From Verrucomicrobiia bacterium (GTDB lineage Bacteria > Verrucomicrobiota > Verrucomicrobiia > JABWAM01), in contig JAQUAF010000022.1 in assembly GCA_028687435.1 (NCBI GenBank), positions 398 to 64,397 of the forward strand: a DNA stretch of 64,000 bases, given 5' to 3'. A program made the translations under genes and the position numbers. Under the pieces are notes generated by a model. The model was given only the letters and a program-made list of their open reading frames with translations. It was not told where the DNA came from and made no database searches. Positions 45,332 to 54,484 of this stretch are shown here, one piece after another; the first letter of the stretch is position 1; every line of letters starts with the position of its first letter.

Positions 45332-46228
45332 TCATGGGGTTTTGGCAAACGAATCCACGATGCAGTCCATCATCCGGACATAATTTTCCGCTTGAGGGAG
45401 GCCGCCGACCATGTAAGGGATGTTGATGACCCGGGCCCCGGTTTTGGCTGCGATCTGGTTTGGGATGCGGTCGCTGTAGAAGCTTTCCTTCACGATCAGC
45501 GGGACTTTTTCCTTTTTCATGAGGGCGATGAGTTCCTCGATCTGCCGGGGACCGGGTTCCACGCCGGGTTTGGGTTCGATCGTGCCGATGATTTGCAAGC
45601 CGAACCTTTCGGCGAAATAAACCCACGCGGGGTGATAGGAGACGAACTTGATGTTCTTTCCGCAGAGTCTGGTTTTCCATTCCCGGATTTTGGAGTCCAG
45701 TTGGGCCAGGTATTTTTGAGTGTTTTCCTGGAAGGCGGCCTGATGTTCCGGGTAAAGTTCGGACAGGCTGCCGGCGATGGTTCGCACCATGAGTTTCGCG
45801 TATTCAGGGTCCAGGTTGTAATGCGGGTTGCCGCAGGGATGGACTTCACCCTCTGTTCGGTCAATGTTGCGGGGGACTTCCCTCGCCGCCACCCCCTTGG
45901 AGGTGTCGATGAAGCCCCGTTGTCCCAGTTGGATTTTTGGGTTGCGGGATTCCTCCAGCACGGCGGGCGCGTAGGCGTGTTCGAGATCCATCCCCATTTG
46001 GATGAACACATCGGCTTTGGCCAGCCGCGTGACCATGCTGGGTTTTAGCTGGACATTGTGAACGTCCTCCACACCGTTGGCGAGGGAATCGACTTGCGCG
46101 AGCGGGCCGGCCACCTGGCGGGCGAAGTCGGCAAGGTCTGGAACACTGGTGACGATCCGGATGGGAGCGGCGGAAATGGAAACCGCCAGCCCCAGCAGGC
46201 CGGTGAGAAACAGGATTTGTTTTTCCAT
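45332..46228 (-). CDS. metal ABC transporter substrate-binding protein (ZnuA/TroA cluster A-I type)
   Basis: Signal peptide. DVHNVQLKPS. VHPCGNPHYNLDP. Confidence 0.8.
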   Translation of the reverse strand: MEKQILFLTGLLGLAVSISAAPIRIVTSVPDLADFARQVAGPLAQVDSLANGVEDVHNVQLKPSMVTRLAKADVFIQMGMDLEHAYAPAVLEESRNPKIQLGQRGFIDTSKGVAAREVPRNIDRTEGEVHPCGNPHYNLDPEYAKLMVRTIAGSLSELYPEHQAAFQENTQKYLAQLDSKIREWKTRLCGKNIKFVSYHPAWVYFAERFGLQIIGTIEPKPGVEPGPRQIEELIALMKKEKVPLIVKESFYSDRIPNQIAAKTGARVINIPYMVGGLPQAENYVRMMDCIVDSFAKTP

Positions 46229-46252
46229 GTGTTTTTGATTGTTGATTCAGGA

Positions 46253-47701
46253 TCAGGGCATGAAGGAATGGCGGTGGTCGCCCAGCAGGATGGTCCATTG
46301 CAGGAAGACCTGCCAGTCGCAACTGTTGCCGTTGGTGTTGCCGCCGCCGAGCGAGACGTCGTTTTGCACGTCCACATAGCTGGCCTGCAGCCGCAGGAAG
46401 TGGAATTCGCTCGGATGAAATCCCACATAAGCCGAGTAGGTGTAATAACGATCCTGCACCTTTGACAGTTCATAGGCATTGCCGTCGCCGTTGTTGTCGC
46501 GCAGTTCGAAGCTTTGCGGACAGGTCAGGTCAAAGCGGAGGCCGGGTTCCCAATATTTGCCAAACCGGTACTGAACGTAGGTGTAGCCGCCCACCGAGTT
46601 GGCGTGAGCCACGCTGGAATAGGGCGCGCCGGACCAGTTGAACGAATCCACGGGCAGGTTTCCCTCGGTCCGGGACCAAAGCGCCTCCGATCCCCAGGTG
46701 AAGAGATCGTGTTTGGCGGCGTCGGGTTTCCATTCGATTTTCATGTCCGCGCTGGCCAACTGGCGGCGTTCGCTTTGCCAGTTGCGGGCATAATCCACGC
46801 CCGCATGCAGATTGGCGGTGGGACTCAGTTCGAAAATCGACGCGCCGCGGAGGTAATACATCAGGTCGCTGAAACTCCGGTAATCGGTTGAGTTCCATGC
46901 CAGTTTGCTGGTCCCGTCCGGCATGGTGATCTGGTTCGAGCTGGCCGGTTCGGCGCCGATGCCGTCCACCACGCCGCCGGTCAGGCGGAAATAGGTGTCG
47001 AGGGGCGTCACCCAGCTCAACTCCAGCCCCCGCGCCTGGGTTTCGCCGCCGATGATGGTGTCCACGCTGCGCGGACCGTCCACGAATGGGCGGTCGTGGG
47101 GATGGACTTTGCCCATGCGGGTGAAGTCCGCGAAGAACTGGCCTCCCTTGACCTTGAGTCCATAAGGAAGGCTGAGGGTTTCGATGGCGGCTTCCTCAAG
47201 CCCCAGATGCATGTGGTGCGATTGACGGCGAAAGGGGGCGGTTCGTTCCTCCAAATCAAACTCCGTGTGGGCGGATGCGATGGCATAGGCGTGGGCGTAT
47301 TGGTCCACGTTTGCCTGAAGCATCAGTTCCATTCCCCGGGGAATGAAGTCCACCCCGGTGTTGCGTGAATAAGCGCTTACCGTGTCGATGCAGGCTGAGA
47401 TGGAGGGGTTGAAGGTGTTGGGCCGTTTTTGTTTTGCGGCATCAAGGGCGGTGTTGACGTCCTGCCGCATGTTTTTCCAATCCCCGGACTGGGTGAAGTC
47501 GTTTTTGCCGGCGGGTTCGGTTTTGACGCCGTTGTCCTTGAGGATTTCCTGTTGCCGTTCCACCTGTTTTTGCAGGGTTTTGACGGTTTGGTTGAGTTCT
47601 TCGATTTGTTTACGAAGCGCTTCCATTTCGGATGAATGGTCGGCGCTCCAGAGGTGCCCGGCTGAGAGGGCAAGGGCTAAAATGAAAGTTTGTGCCTTCA
47701 T
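46253..47701 (-). CDS. putative outer-membrane beta-barrel porin with N-terminal coiled coil
   Basis: Signal peptide, a 40-aa coiled coil (EMEALRKQIEELNQTVKTLQKQVERQQ), then alternating aromatic/Gly-rich beta-strand-like sequence. Context only; no family recognised. Confidence 0.55.
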   Translation of the reverse strand: MKAQTFILALALSAGHLWSADHSSEMEALRKQIEELNQTVKTLQKQVERQQEILKDNGVKTEPAGKNDFTQSGDWKNMRQDVNTALDAAKQKRPNTFNPSISACIDTVSAYSRNTGVDFIPRGMELMLQANVDQYAHAYAIASAHTEFDLEERTAPFRRQSHHMHLGLEEAAIETLSLPYGLKVKGGQFFADFTRMGKVHPHDRPFVDGPRSVDTIIGGETQARGLELSWVTPLDTYFRLTGGVVDGIGAEPASSNQITMPDGTSKLAWNSTDYRSFSDLMYYLRGASIFELSPTANLHAGVDYARNWQSERRQLASADMKIEWKPDAAKHDLFTWGSEALWSRTEGNLPVDSFNWSGAPYSSVAHANSVGGYTYVQYRFGKYWEPGLRFDLTCPQSFELRDNNGDGNAYELSKVQDRYYTYSAYVGFHPSEFHFLRLQASYVDVQNDVSLGGGNTNGNSCDWQVFLQWTILLGDHRHSFMP

Positions 47702-47865
47702 GGCATGATGCTCCTGACTGAATGGTAGATGGTAAAGGCGCGCCTCTTTCCGGATGGAAAGAAGGACGGCATGAGAGATCCCGAAGATGGTGCCTTTGCG
47801 CCATGGCCGGGATGCGGTTGAATCGATCGGCTTCCTTGACTGCGGCGCAAGAAATGCGCCTTGCC

Positions 47866-48219
47866 TCAGAGACAGGAAAACCGGGGGGGAGCGTGTTCGG
47901 GGATGTAACCTGAGAGGAAGGCGGAGGATGCGCCGGTTTCCTCCGCTTTTTCGACAATCAGAAGCGGGGCCGGCAGGAAAAGAGCCGTTCCGTCGGACAG
48001 GGATGGCGCTTCGGCGCCGCCGGAAAGAATCAGGGTGACGGCGCAGGAATGTTCCTCGTGATCCGCGTCGTCATGGACCGCCTTGTGCAGGCTTGGGGCG
48101 AACGCCGCCAGCAACACCAGCAGAAACAGGCCAAGCAGACTGGCGCCCATCAAACGATGGATGAATGCCATCCGGGATTTTTTGGAATCCGCCAAGAACA
48201 TGTCATGCTTAAAAGACAA
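47866..48219 (-). CDS. small membrane protein with HxxxH...HxCAVTLxLSGxAEA...EHAPP motifs (paralogue of 31177-31509)
   Basis: TM helix followed by LHKAVHDDADHEEHSCAVTLILSGGAEA and IPEHAPPRF. First gene of the minus-strand metal operon. Confidence 0.5.
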   Translation of the reverse strand: MSFKHDMFLADSKKSRMAFIHRLMGASLLGLFLLVLLAAFAPSLHKAVHDDADHEEHSCAVTLILSGGAEAPSLSDGTALFLPAPLLIVEKAEETGASSAFLSGYIPEHAPPRFSCL

Positions 48220-48287
48220 ACAGGCCCCATATGCAATAAAAAATTGGCGGCATTTTTTTTCTTGCGTTGTTCGATCAAATCAACCAT

Positions 48288-48303
48288 GTTAGATGTATCT
48301 AAC
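48288..48303. promoter_or_regulatory. perfect 16-bp palindrome, candidate DtxR/IdeR-type operator in the divergent promoter region
   Basis: GTTAGAT-GT-ATCTAAC. Half-site resembles the TTAGGT/ACCTAA of the DtxR/IdeR box. Sits 14 nt before ATG 48317 and ~70 nt from ATG 48219. Confidence 0.45.
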
Positions 48304-48316
48304 AAAAGGAGTTCGC

Positions 48317-49063
48317 ATGACCGCCAAGCTTTTTCATGAACTGAGCGTTTCGCAGGAAGATTACCTGGAGACGATTCTCGATCTGATCGCGGAGGCCGGG
48401 GCTGCCCGCGTGAGGGATATTGCCAGGCGGATGAATGTGGCCAAGTCGTCGGTGACCGTTGCCCTGCGCTCCCTGGCGTCCAACCGGCTGGTGAACTATG
48501 CTCCCTATGAGTTGGTCACGTTGAGCCATGACGGAAAAGTCATGGCCGAGAAGATCCGCCGGCGGCACGATTCCCTGGCGAATTTTTTGGTCAGGGTGCT
48601 TGGCGTGGATGAAAAAACGGCCGGCGCCAACGCCTGCCGGATCGAGCATGCCGTGGGCGAGGATGTTGTGAACCGGTTGAATTGTTTCGCCGAATTTCTG
48701 CCGAACAGCGATATCCCGGCCAGGGAATTGGCGGGGGCCTTTGCAAAGTTTTATGCGGAGCGGGAAAAGAGGGGTGGCTTCCGGGAGAGTGGGGGCGGCG
48801 GTTCCCCTCCGAAAGACACGGACGGGACGCCGTCAACGGCGGCGGATTTGAAGCCGGGCGAGACGGCAAGGATTGTCCGCGTTTGCGGGGAGGGAAAGAG
48901 CCGCCGGCGTCTTCAGGAAATGGGGGTGACGCGGAACGCCCCGCTGGCGGTTATCCGTCGGTCTCCCTTGGGCGATCCGATTGAGGTGAAGGTGCGCGGC
49001 GGCAGCCTGTCGCTCCGCAAGGAGGAAGCCCGGGAAATCGAAGTGGAAAGAGTAAAACAATGA
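48317..49063 (+). CDS. DtxR/MntR-family metal-dependent repressor with C-terminal FeoA/SH3-like domain
   Basis: SQEDYLETILDLI...VRDIARRMNVAKSSVTVALRSL HTH. C-terminal LKPGETARIVRV...PIEVKVRGGSLSLRKEEA. AAAGGAG RBS before 48317. Confidence 0.85.
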   Translation: MTAKLFHELSVSQEDYLETILDLIAEAGAARVRDIARRMNVAKSSVTVALRSLASNRLVNYAPYELVTLSHDGKVMAEKIRRRHDSLANFLVRVLGVDEKTAGANACRIEHAVGEDVVNRLNCFAEFLPNSDIPARELAGAFAKFYAEREKRGGFRESGGGGSPPKDTDGTPSTAADLKPGETARIVRVCGEGKSRRRLQEMGVTRNAPLAVIRRSPLGDPIEVKVRGGSLSLRKEEAREIEVERVKQ

Positions 49064-49410
49064 ATTTTCAGGACAAAGCCAAAACAAAGGAGCTTTCGGC
49101 GGCCTGCGTGCGATCCGCGCCGCCTCCAGGCGTCGTGCCGCTGGCGATGGCGGCGGTTGGGGAGACTTGCGAACTGGCCATGGTGCGGGGCGCCAATCTG
49201 CGGCAGCGGCTGGCTGACATGGGATTGGGATTGGGATCGCGTTTCCGGGTGGAGGCGGGGGAGGGAAAAGGGCCCATGGTGATTTCCGTCAGGGGAAGCC
49301 GGTTGATTTTGGGATGCGGCATGATTCACAAAATTTTTATCCGGTTAACGAGCCGTGATTCGAAGTCCGGCCGGCCCGCCGCCTCTCAACAGAAAGGATC
49401 CGCCTCGTGA
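49060..49410 (+). CDS. feoA: FeoA-family protein
   Basis: VPLAMAAVGETCELAMV...LADMGLGLGSRFRV...VISVRGSRLILG. Overlaps neighbours by 4 nt on both sides. Confidence 0.7.
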   Translation: MNFQDKAKTKELSAACVRSAPPPGVVPLAMAAVGETCELAMVRGANLRQRLADMGLGLGSRFRVEAGEGKGPMVISVRGSRLILGCGMIHKIFIRLTSRDSKSGRPAASQQKGSAS

Positions 49411-51596
49411 GCGCCGTTGCCACCCCGCCATCCAAGAGGGCCGCCCGCGTTGTTGCGCTGGCGGGAAATCCAAATTCCGGCAAGACCACCATCTTCAACG
49501 CCCTGACCGGCGCCCGGCAGCATGTGGGCAACTACCCGGGCGTGACGGTTGAGAAGAAGGAGGGAACCGTAAAATTCGGGGATGATGTTTTTACGGTGGT
49601 CGATCTGCCCGGGACCTACAGTTTGACGGCTTTCAGCCTCGAGGAAATCGTGGCGGGGAACTTTTTGATCGACGGGAAGCCGGATGCGGTTGTGGACATT
49701 GTTGACGCGTCCAATCCGGAGAGGAACCTGTATCTGGCGGTTCAACTCATGGAATTGGGGGCGCCGGTGGTTCTGGCGTTGAACATGTCGGACATGGCCC
49801 GCGAAAAGGGGCTGAGCATTGACACGAAAAAACTGTCAGCCTTGCTGGGAATGCCCGTGGTTGCCACTGTTGGACATAAGGGAAGGGGGTTGGAGGAGCT
49901 TTTGAAGGCTGTCCGGACGATTTGCCGGGATGATCCTTTGCCGCCGAAACCGGCCCGGCGGGTGGATTATGGACGCGAGATCGAACCGCATCTCGATCAA
50001 TTGGCCGCCCGGCTGGCCGTCCGTCCGGCCTGCGCCGGACATGCGCGGTGGCTCGCCTTGAAATTGTTGGAAGGAGACGGGGACACGGCCAACCGCATCA
50101 GGTCGCTTTGCCCGGAGGATTGCGGGGATATTTTCCGCGAGACGGACAAGTTGCGCAAGCATTTGGAGGGTGTTTTTGGCGAGGAAATCGGCGCTGTTCT
50201 GACGGACCGGCGTTATGGATTCATCGCCGGTGCGTGCGCCGAGGTTGTTTCGCAAACAGCCGAGGCCCGCATTTCACAAAGCGAACGGGTGGACCGGATT
50301 GTCCTGAACCGATGGCTGGGATTGCCGATTTTCGCCCTGCTGATGTTCGCCACATTTTTTCTGACTTTCACGCTTGGCCAGCCCTTGATGGATGGCATTG
50401 AGGCGGGTTTTGGAAAGCTTGGCGAAGCGGTGGCGGCGCTGTGGCCGGCGGGCGGCGAAAGCCGGTTGAAATCGCTGTTGGTGGATGGAATCATCGGCGG
50501 GGTCGGCGGGGTGTTGGTTTTTCTGCCCAACATCATGCTGCTGTTTCTTGCCATCGCGTTTCTGGAGGACAGCGGCTATATGGCCCGGGCGGCGTTTGTC
50601 ATGGATCGTTTGATGCACAGGATTGGCTTGCATGGGAAAAGTTTCATTCCCCTGTTGATTGGTTTTGGCTGCACGGTTCCGGCCATCATGGCCACAAGGA
50701 CGCTGGAAACCCGCCGGGACCGCCTGGCGACTCTCCTGGTGCTGCCATTGATGAGTTGCAGCGCCCGGCTTCCCATTTATGCCCTGCTGATCCCGGCCTT
50801 TTTTCCTCCGGAGTGGCAGGGGCCCATGTTGTGGATCGTTTATGCGATTGGAATTGCGCTGGCCGTTGCGGGTGTGAAGTTGCTGCGCATCACTCTTTTC
50901 AAGGGGGAATCGGCGCCGTTTGTCATGGAACTCCCCCCTTATCACCTGCCCACTTTGCGGGGGTTGCTTGTTCACATGTGGGAGCGCAGTTGGATGTTTC
51001 TCAGGAAAGCCGGAACCGTCATTTTGGGAATTTCCATTCTGTTATGGGCCATGTCCGTCTGGCCCAAGCCGGGCCCGGAAACCATGGCGAAATTCGAAAG
51101 GGATCGCTCCGCCATTGAAGCCCGCAAGGATTTGTCCGGCGAGGACAGACGGGCGGCGCTTGAGAAATTGGAGCATGAGCAGGGAGAGGCGGAATTGGAG
51201 CAATCCCTGATTGGACGGATTGGCCGCGGCGTCGCGCCGGCGCTGGCGCCGCTCGGATTCGACTGGAAAATTTCCACATCCCTGCTTGGCGCCCTGGCGG
51301 CCAAGGAAATTTTTGTCGCCCAGATGGGGATTGTTTATTCCGTGGGACAGGCGGATGAGGAATCGCAATCGCTTCGCGAAAAACTCAGGGAAAATTACAG
51401 CCCCTTGCAGGGGTTTTGCGTCATGCTGTTTTGCCTGATCAGCATGCCCTGCATGGCCACGCTGACGGTTGTCTGGCGGGAAAGCGGATCGTGGAAATGG
51501 GCGCTTTTCCAGGCCGGCGCCCTGACGGCGCTGGCCTACACGCTGACGCTGGCGGTGTTTCAAGCGGGGAGCTTTTTGGGATGGGGAACCCGGTAA
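49407..51596 (+). CDS. feoB: ferrous iron transporter FeoB
   Basis: G-domain VALAGNPNSGKTTIFNALTG and DLPGTYSL, followed by a polytopic membrane domain. GTG start in a GTGA overlap. Confidence 0.9.
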   Translation: MSAVATPPSKRAARVVALAGNPNSGKTTIFNALTGARQHVGNYPGVTVEKKEGTVKFGDDVFTVVDLPGTYSLTAFSLEEIVAGNFLIDGKPDAVVDIVDASNPERNLYLAVQLMELGAPVVLALNMSDMAREKGLSIDTKKLSALLGMPVVATVGHKGRGLEELLKAVRTICRDDPLPPKPARRVDYGREIEPHLDQLAARLAVRPACAGHARWLALKLLEGDGDTANRIRSLCPEDCGDIFRETDKLRKHLEGVFGEEIGAVLTDRRYGFIAGACAEVVSQTAEARISQSERVDRIVLNRWLGLPIFALLMFATFFLTFTLGQPLMDGIEAGFGKLGEAVAALWPAGGESRLKSLLVDGIIGGVGGVLVFLPNIMLLFLAIAFLEDSGYMARAAFVMDRLMHRIGLHGKSFIPLLIGFGCTVPAIMATRTLETRRDRLATLLVLPLMSCSARLPIYALLIPAFFPPEWQGPMLWIVYAIGIALAVAGVKLLRITLFKGESAPFVMELPPYHLPTLRGLLVHMWERSWMFLRKAGTVILGISILLWAMSVWPKPGPETMAKFERDRSAIEARKDLSGEDRRAALEKLEHEQGEAELEQSLIGRIGRGVAPALAPLGFDWKISTSLLGALAAKEIFVAQMGIVYSVGQADEESQSLREKLRENYSPLQGFCVMLFCLISMPCMATLTVVWRESGSWKWALFQAGALTALAYTLTLAVFQAGSFLGWGTR

Positions 51597-51767
51597 ATGG
51601 AGATGCCAATGGAAAACATCATGGTCATGGCGATTGTGGCTGGCGCCCTGGTTTTTGCCGGCAGATTGTTTTATCGGACCTTGACCGGAAAGAACAACGG
51701 TTGCGGATGCAAAATGAAATCGTGTTTTGTTCCGGGCGCCTGCCGGGGGGCGAATGGAAGGAAATGA
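51597..51767 (+). CDS. FeoB-associated Cys-rich membrane peptide (56 aa, below the ORF-track cutoff)
   Basis: Hand translation MEMPMENIMVMAIVAGALVFAGRLFYRTLTGKNNGCGCKMKSCFVPGACRGANGRK*. One TM helix plus a CGC...C...C tail, immediately after the feoB stop. Confidence 0.6.
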   Translation: MEMPMENIMVMAIVAGALVFAGRLFYRTLTGKNNGCGCKMKSCFVPGACRGANGRK

Positions 51768-51774
51768 GGAGGCA

Positions 51775-52014
51775 ATGAGAGGAATGGGAATTTCCATCAA
51801 CACCGGGTCTCTTGAATCCTCCAATGACGCGAAAATCGCGGCTGCGGAAGATGAGGGGCGAACGGATTTCGTGGAGGCGTCCGCCGGACTCGCTCCCGTT
51901 GTTCTTGATTCGGAAAGGCTTTTTGAGAAACAAAATGAAATTCAGATTCGCCATCGGGGGCAGTTCTACCGGTTGCGGATGACCAAAAATGGCAAATTGA
52001 TTTTAAATAAGTAA
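51775..52014 (+). CDS. hemP: HemP/HmuP-family small protein
   Basis: C-terminus EIQIRHRGQFYRLRMTKNGKLILNK matches the HemP signature. AGGAGG RBS before ATG 51775. Confidence 0.7.
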   Translation: MRGMGISINTGSLESSNDAKIAAAEDEGRTDFVEASAGLAPVVLDSERLFEKQNEIQIRHRGQFYRLRMTKNGKLILNK

Positions 52015-52131
52015 CCAACTCCATCAGGCCTCATTTGCCCCAGCCAGCGCGCAGCCAGCCAGGGAACCGGTGAATCGCGACTCGCGTGATTCCCGTTCCC
52101 CGGCTTTTGCGGCTAGGAAAGGAATCCACCC

Positions 52132-53487
52132 ATGCCGCGCGCGCTGTTGTCAGCATTCATGTTGTTCGTTTACAATGTCATTGCCCAGACGCAAAACGTT
52201 TCCCCGGAACATCCCAAGCCGCCGCCAAAGGCTGAAATCCCCTCTCTCATGGAGAGGGAAACCTTGACCGATCATTGGTTTGGAGCGGGGAGCTTGTTGG
52301 AGGAAAGAGGAGTGTCATTTTCCTGCGAACTGACCCATGAAGCTCTGGCGAATGTCTCCGGCGGCATTCGCAGGGGAACAGCCAGCGAGGGACTGCTGGA
52401 TTTCGGAATGACCTTGGATCTGGAAAAAATGTCCGGATGGAAAGACGGAACGTTCCATGCCAATGGCTTGTGGATTTATGGCGTCAGCCCCACGGCCAAG
52501 TATGTCGGCGATTTGCAGGGGGTCAGCAATATCGACGCATGGGACACGGTTCGTTTGGATGAAATCTGGTATCAACATGAATTTTGGGGAAAACGGATAT
52601 CGCTCAGGCTTGGGCAGCTTGCGGCGGACAAGGAGTTTGCCGTCAGCGAATACTCCGGGCTTTTCTTGAACGGCGCCTTTGGCTGGCCGGCCTTCATTGC
52701 GGCAAACGCCGCGACTCCGGCCTATCCGCTTTCCACCTTTGGCGCCCGCCTCCGGACCGATCTTCCGAACTCATTTTATGCGCAGGCGGCGGTTTTCGAC
52801 GGCGACCCGGGGGATCAGCAAATCAACAATCATGGAACTCACTGGAATCTCAACAGCCGGGATGGCCTTTTCAGCATTTTTGAGGTTGGGTGGGCTGGCG
52901 CGCCCAAGATTGCCGGCATGGAATTGCCGGGCGCCTATAAGCTGGGTGTTTGGAACCATACCGATTCTTTTGCGGATCAATTGCACGATCAGGAGGGGGG
53001 ATCGCTGGCGGATCCCTCAACGACCGGCAATGAACGGCTGCACGAGGGAAATTATGGCGTGTACGGCCTGTTGGATCAGATGGTTTTTCGGGAAAAAGCA
53101 ACGGATTCCGATGATGTCCAAGGTTTGGGGGTCTTTTTCAAGGCCGGTTCGGCGTCCGAAGACCGCAACCTGGTGTCCCTGCAGCTTTCAGGAGGGATTC
53201 ATTACGAGGGGCTCTTCCCCGGAAGGAATCAAGACTGCTGCGGATTGGCGGTGACACGGGTTGAAGTCGGCGACCATGTCCGTCTTTTTGATTGCGACGC
53301 CAATTTTTACAATGAAACCGGCGCGCCTTTGCGCGGGAATGAAACGACGGTCGAGATGACTTATCAACTTGTCATTAGCCCCTGGTGGACTGTGCAGCCG
53401 GATTTGCAATGGGTGTTTCATCCCGGCGCGTCATCCGCCACGGGCGATGCCCTTGTGATTGGAGTCCGGTCGAAAATTGTTTTCTGA
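52132..53487 (+). CDS. oprB: carbohydrate-selective porin, OprB family
   Basis: RETLTDHWFGAGSLLEERGVSFSCELTHEALANVSGG. Beta-barrel ending ...VIGVRSKIVF. Confidence 0.8.
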   Translation: MPRALLSAFMLFVYNVIAQTQNVSPEHPKPPPKAEIPSLMERETLTDHWFGAGSLLEERGVSFSCELTHEALANVSGGIRRGTASEGLLDFGMTLDLEKMSGWKDGTFHANGLWIYGVSPTAKYVGDLQGVSNIDAWDTVRLDEIWYQHEFWGKRISLRLGQLAADKEFAVSEYSGLFLNGAFGWPAFIAANAATPAYPLSTFGARLRTDLPNSFYAQAAVFDGDPGDQQINNHGTHWNLNSRDGLFSIFEVGWAGAPKIAGMELPGAYKLGVWNHTDSFADQLHDQEGGSLADPSTTGNERLHEGNYGVYGLLDQMVFREKATDSDDVQGLGVFFKAGSASEDRNLVSLQLSGGIHYEGLFPGRNQDCCGLAVTRVEVGDHVRLFDCDANFYNETGAPLRGNETTVEMTYQLVISPWWTVQPDLQWVFHPGASSATGDALVIGVRSKIVF

Positions 53488-53630
53488 TTTTGGCTGGCGA
53501 TCTCGCCAGAGGGTGTAACCGAACGGACTCTTTCAACAACGGGAGGTGAAAACGGGGTTGCTCATTTCAATGCGCATGCCAGGCGGTTTTGCTCGACAAG
53601 ACGATTCCAATTTTGAAAATTGACTGTGAC

Positions 53631-54119
53631 ATGGCTGCAAATCACAACCGGAAAGGATCCTTTCTTTATCTTGTCATGACGGCCATGGCCGCGCTGATCC
53701 TGCTGGCCTCCTGCGGAAACGATCCGGTTGCCGCCAATCGCCGGAATTGCCAGAGACAACTGAAACAGGTCTGGCAGGCGATCGAATGCCATCGGGAAAA
53801 ACACGGCGGCCAATATCCGGCGTCTCTCGACGCCATCAGGCAGGAGATGCCTGGCTGGACGGCGGCTTGCCCGGGACGGGATGGAAAATCGGATTCCGGG
53901 GGGGATTATTTTTATCTCAATTGGTCCGAATTGGCCGGGAAAGACGGCAAAGTGAGGGATCATGATCCATTGCTTTACGACCGCCGTCTTGCGCATCATG
54001 GCGGGAAGGGAATTTGTGTTTTACGAGTGGATGGCTCCGTCCGCTGGGACAAGGACGCCCGATGGTTAAAGAGATTTGCCAGGGAGCGCCCTTCGCTGAA
54101 AATTCCCCTGCCTGAATAA
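53631..54119 (+). CDS. lipoprotein with DUF1559-like (H-X9-DG-type) features
   Basis: Lipobox LLASCG. NCQRQLKQVWQAIECHREKHGGQYP and HHGGKGICVLRVDGSVRW resemble planctomycete/verrucomicrobial DUF1559 proteins. Weak call. Confidence 0.45.
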   Translation: MAANHNRKGSFLYLVMTAMAALILLASCGNDPVAANRRNCQRQLKQVWQAIECHREKHGGQYPASLDAIRQEMPGWTAACPGRDGKSDSGGDYFYLNWSELAGKDGKVRDHDPLLYDRRLAHHGGKGICVLRVDGSVRWDKDARWLKRFARERPSLKIPLPE

Positions 54120-54199
54120 AAATTTGCGGGTTAATTGTAATTTTGTTGACAGGCATGGCTGAAAAAGAGTAGGTGGGTGGCATTGTTAGTTTTGTTCTT

Positions 54200-54360
54200 T
54201 GTTCGCGTGTTGCGGCGCAGGGAATCCCGTGCGAATCGGGAACGGTAGCGCCACTGTAACAGGTTACGAATTTCCGATAAGCCAGTTCCGGCAAGGCCGG
54301 GATGAAGGCGGAAATGAGGTTTGAAACCTGAAGTCAGGATAACGGCCGCAATGCTCTCAA
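54200..54360 (+). promoter_or_regulatory. cobalamin (B12) riboswitch
   Basis: AGGGAATCCCGTGCGAATCGGGAACGGTAGCGCCACTGTAAC core containing the GCCACTG motif. B12-box-like AAGTCAGGATAACGGCC. Closing helix TGCGGC (54211) / GCCGCA (54345). Boundaries approximate. Confidence 0.75.
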
Positions 54361-54484
54361 TGCGGTCCGCCTTGGGGCGGATCGAAAAACCTTGTTCGCA
54401 TAAACAAGATTGGGGGATTGGTTCGTTGTCCAGGTCGCTCCTGTCCACCGGCTGGTCTCTCAGCTTTCAGAGGAGATTTCAGCC

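Noticed and set aside
53494-53509. Perfect hairpin CTGGCGA-TC-TCGCCAG after oprB as an intrinsic terminator
   Set aside because: It is not followed by a T-run, and I cannot compute stability. Too weak to call.
54146-54175. TTGACA at 54146 as the sigma-70 -35 element of the riboswitch transcript
   Set aside because: No convincing -10 hexamer at 16-19 nt spacing (GTAGGT/TAGGTG only), and promoter consensus for this lineage is unknown.
54410-54484. Upstream extension of the receptor ORF into the riboswitch expression platform
   Set aside because: There is no RBS. ATG 54485 has GAGGAG at proper spacing and begins the Cys-rich domain.
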